57,827 nucleotides of DNA from contig MNUT01000024.1 of assembly GCA_001871165.1 (NCBI GenBank), forward strand, positions 1 to 57,827. Reading direction: 5' to 3'. The notes below the pieces were generated by a model that searched no databases, had not been told where the DNA came from, and worked only from the letters and a program-made list of their open reading frames with translations. Positions 55,534 through 57,827 of the stretch are shown piece by piece. The position numbers and the translations under genes were made by a program. This DNA comes from Candidatus Falkowbacteria bacterium CG1_02_37_21. GTDB taxonomy: Bacteria; Patescibacteriota; Patescibacteriia; Patescibacteriales; UBA12465. Numbering within the stretch: position 1 is the first letter of the stretch; each line of letters opens with the position of its first letter.

Positions 55534-56295
55534 ATGGAACTTTATTTTTTTATTTTAGCTGCCGTGATTGGTTTGGTGATTGGCAGTTTTTTAAATTGTT
55601 TGATTTGGCGTTTATATAAAGATGAGAGCCTGAGTGGACGCTCTTATTGCCCACACTGCCGTCAAACTATTGCTTGGTATGATAATATCCCTTTGCTTAG
55701 TTTTATTTTACTCGGTGGTCGTTGTCGGCGTTGTCAGAAAACAATTTCTTGGCAGTATCCTTTAGTGGAGTTGGCAACGGCAGTGTTGTTTGTGTTAACT
55801 TGGCAGCTGGATATGACTACTCAGAATTTTTCTTTACAGTTGTTGCGTGATTGGTTATTAATTGTGACACTTATTATTATCTTCGTGTATGATTTTCGTT
55901 GGCAGCTAGTGCCGATGTTACCGCTTTGGTTCATGATGTTGGTAATTTTCTTACTTAATTTAGTATTAGGTTTTTCTTGGATTTCTCTTTTATTGTTTGG
56001 CGCTGTTGGCGCGGCTTTTTTCTTAATCCAATATATTATTACGGCGCGACGAGGTGTGGGGGAAGGTGATATTTGGTTGGGGGTATTTTTAGGATTAGCT
56101 TACCCGGACCCCAAGCAATTATTTTTAATTATGTTAACGGCTTATACCTTGGGTTCTATTTTTGGACTTTTTCTAATTATAAGCGGTAAAAAAAAATGGC
56201 AGTCACGTTTAGCTTTAGGGCCGTTTTTGGCCTTGGGGGCTATCATAACTTTAATTTGGGGAAGACAAATCATCACTTGGTACTTGGGATTTTAG
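55534..56295 (+). CDS. pilD: Prepilin peptidase (A24 family)
   Basis: 253 aa. N-terminal CPHCRQ...CRRCQ zinc motif with WYDNIPLLSF, and catalytic Asp contexts VYDFRWQ and GEGDIWLG. Confidence 0.9.
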   Translation: MELYFFILAAVIGLVIGSFLNCLIWRLYKDESLSGRSYCPHCRQTIAWYDNIPLLSFILLGGRCRRCQKTISWQYPLVELATAVLFVLTWQLDMTTQNFSLQLLRDWLLIVTLIIIFVYDFRWQLVPMLPLWFMMLVIFLLNLVLGFSWISLLLFGAVGAAFFLIQYIITARRGVGEGDIWLGVFLGLAYPDPKQLFLIMLTAYTLGSIFGLFLIISGKKKWQSRLALGPFLALGAIITLIWGRQIITWYLGF

Positions 56296-56456
56296 GCTTA
56301 AGCTGTTAATTTTTCCCTAATATCATTAGCTATAGTCCCATTTTGTCACAGGGAATTGTGGAATTTTGATAAATTTTGTATAATGATAGTATCTCTTATT
56401 GAGTCAATTTGTTTTTAGGTGTTTAGAGAATGTTTTAGTTAGGCTAAGTTTTATAT

Positions 56457-57716
56457 ATGAAAGATAATGTCATCGCCGGTTTGGATATTGGTTCTACTTC
56501 TATTCGTTTAGTTGTCGGGCAAACAATTGCTGGACCAGCGGGAGAAGAACTCCAAATTATTGGTGCCGTATCTGGTCCTACCGCCGGTGTTAGTCGCGGT
56601 GTGGTTAATAGTATTGAAGAAACGACTTCTTCTATATCAGCGGTTTTAGATAAAGCCGAACGTTTGGTTGGTGTTCCTATTAGTCGCGTTTGGGTCAGCT
56701 TAAATGACCCCTATATTAAATGTGAACGTTCTAAGGGTGTTGTTGCGGTCGGTCGCAGTGATGGAGAAATTAATGAGAATGATGTTAATCGGGCGATTGA
56801 AGCAGCGCGGGCTTTAGCCGTACCGGTCAATTACGAAATTTTACATGTTATTCCGATTAAGTTTGGAGTGGATAATCAGGGGGATGTTAAAGATCCGATC
56901 GGTATGAACGGTATTCGTTTGGAAGTAGAAACTTTAATTGTTCAGGGACTTAATACGCAAATTAAAAATTTAACAAAAGCAATTTATCGGACCGGTTTAG
57001 AAATTGAAGATTTGGTAATAGCGCCACTGGCGGCAGCGGAAGCGGTCTTAAGTGTTAAACAAAAAGACCTCGGTGTCGCTTTGATTAGTTTAGGTTCAGC
57101 CACTACTTCTTTAGCGGTTTATGAAGAACGTAATTTAATTCATACCGCTATTTTACCGATTGGTGCCGAACATATTACTTCTGACATTGCTATTGGTCTC
57201 CGTTGCCCTATTAATTTGGCGGAACGTATTAAACAAGAATATGGTACAGCCACTCCGGAAGATGTAGATAAAAAAGATGAAGTTGATATTAGTCAGTTAG
57301 TAAAAGAAGAGGAAGTTAATGATGATATTAGTACTATTTCTCGCCACTATTTAGCGGAAATTATTAATGCTCGAGTGGAAGAAATTTTTGAAAAAGTTGA
57401 TGCTGAATTTAGACGGATTGATCGCTCCGGTCTTTTACCGGCGGGAGTTATTTTTGTCGGCGGCGGTTCAGAGTTGGACGGTTTAGTGGAGGCGGCTAAG
57501 AAAAAATTACGTTTGCCGGCCGCACTCGGTACCGCCAAGAATATAAATGTCGTGATTGATAAGGTCAAGAATCCGGAGTTTGCCACAGCTTTAGGTTTGG
57601 TTATTTGGGGCAGTCATACCGAGGGTGAGGCGAGTGGCGGCAATAATTTACAAAAAAGTTTAGGAGGAATTTTAGATAAAACTTTAGGTTTGTGGCATAA
57701 AATAATGCCAAAATAA
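56457..57716 (+). CDS. ftsA: Cell division protein FtsA
   Basis: 419 aa. Actin-fold motifs GLDIGSTSIRLVVGQ and GVIFVGGGSELDGL. Confidence 0.9.
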   Translation: MKDNVIAGLDIGSTSIRLVVGQTIAGPAGEELQIIGAVSGPTAGVSRGVVNSIEETTSSISAVLDKAERLVGVPISRVWVSLNDPYIKCERSKGVVAVGRSDGEINENDVNRAIEAARALAVPVNYEILHVIPIKFGVDNQGDVKDPIGMNGIRLEVETLIVQGLNTQIKNLTKAIYRTGLEIEDLVIAPLAAAEAVLSVKQKDLGVALISLGSATTSLAVYEERNLIHTAILPIGAEHITSDIAIGLRCPINLAERIKQEYGTATPEDVDKKDEVDISQLVKEEEVNDDISTISRHYLAEIINARVEEIFEKVDAEFRRIDRSGLLPAGVIFVGGGSELDGLVEAAKKKLRLPAALGTAKNINVVIDKVKNPEFATALGLVIWGSHTEGEASGGNNLQKSLGGILDKTLGLWHKIMPK

Positions 57717-57741
57717 AGATTAAAAATAGTATTGTAATTTT

Positions 57742-57827
57742 ATGGCTGAAGTTAAACCAGAAATAGAGACATTTGCAAAAATTAAAGTAGTCGGCGTCGG
57801 CGGCGGCGGCGGTAGTGCCATTAATCG
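57742..57827 (+). CDS. ftsZ: Cell division protein FtsZ (5' fragment, truncated by the window end)
   Basis: MAEVKPEIETFAKIKVVGVGGGGGSAIN is the canonical FtsZ N-terminal GGGG nucleotide-binding start. Confidence 0.85.
   Translation, partial: MAEVKPEIETFAKIKVVGVGGGGGSAIN

Overview
AT-rich (roughly 35-40% GC by eye), very compact bacterial chromosomal segment. It uses the standard genetic code: TAA, TAG and TGA all terminate otherwise intact ORFs. I support about 46 protein genes and found no rRNA, tRNA, CRISPR array, transposase or integrase. All protein calls rest on motifs read directly from the translations; no searches were run.

Most genes are housekeeping: a uvrA-like gene, a tyrS-argS-glyQS block, ndk, gyrA, mscL, rmuC, radC, an M16 peptidase, a UvrD-type helicase-nuclease, ruvB, lepB, hisS, rpsU, a Rel/SpoT homologue, clpP, secD, secF, pilD, ftsA and the start of ftsZ.

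Several features suggest a Patescibacteria/CPR-type organism. This is inference, not proof. The features are near absence of Shine-Dalgarno sites, VirB2/TrbC-like pilin modules, giant Cys-rich surface proteins, scattered type IV pilus parts, a ComEC fragment and a Lys-rich histone-like peptide.

Main points of interest:
1. A 13.6-kb, seven-gene co-directional locus (36245-49816). It encodes two giant proteins whose N-termini are paralogous VirB2/TrbC-like two-helix pilin hairpins, a third giant secreted Cys-rich protein with an internal pilin-headgroup-like segment, and four single-pass membrane proteins, two of them with thrombospondin-type-3-like Ca-binding repeats.
2. A 1003-aa tandem fusion of two complete PilB/GspE ATPase modules. 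It sits in an operon with a polytopic membrane protein, a translin-family protein and a phosphoesterase.
3. A GC-rich 214-bp tandem repeat at the window edge, each unit carrying a bidirectional terminator. It lies just past the 3' end of a MazF / HTH-DUF4065 toxin-antitoxin pair.
4. A UvrA lacking the UvrB-binding domain.
5. An unannotated 56-aa Lys/Ala/Val histone-H1-like gene.
6. An unusual start-codon context: TATAAT directly abutting or just upstream of the ATG.
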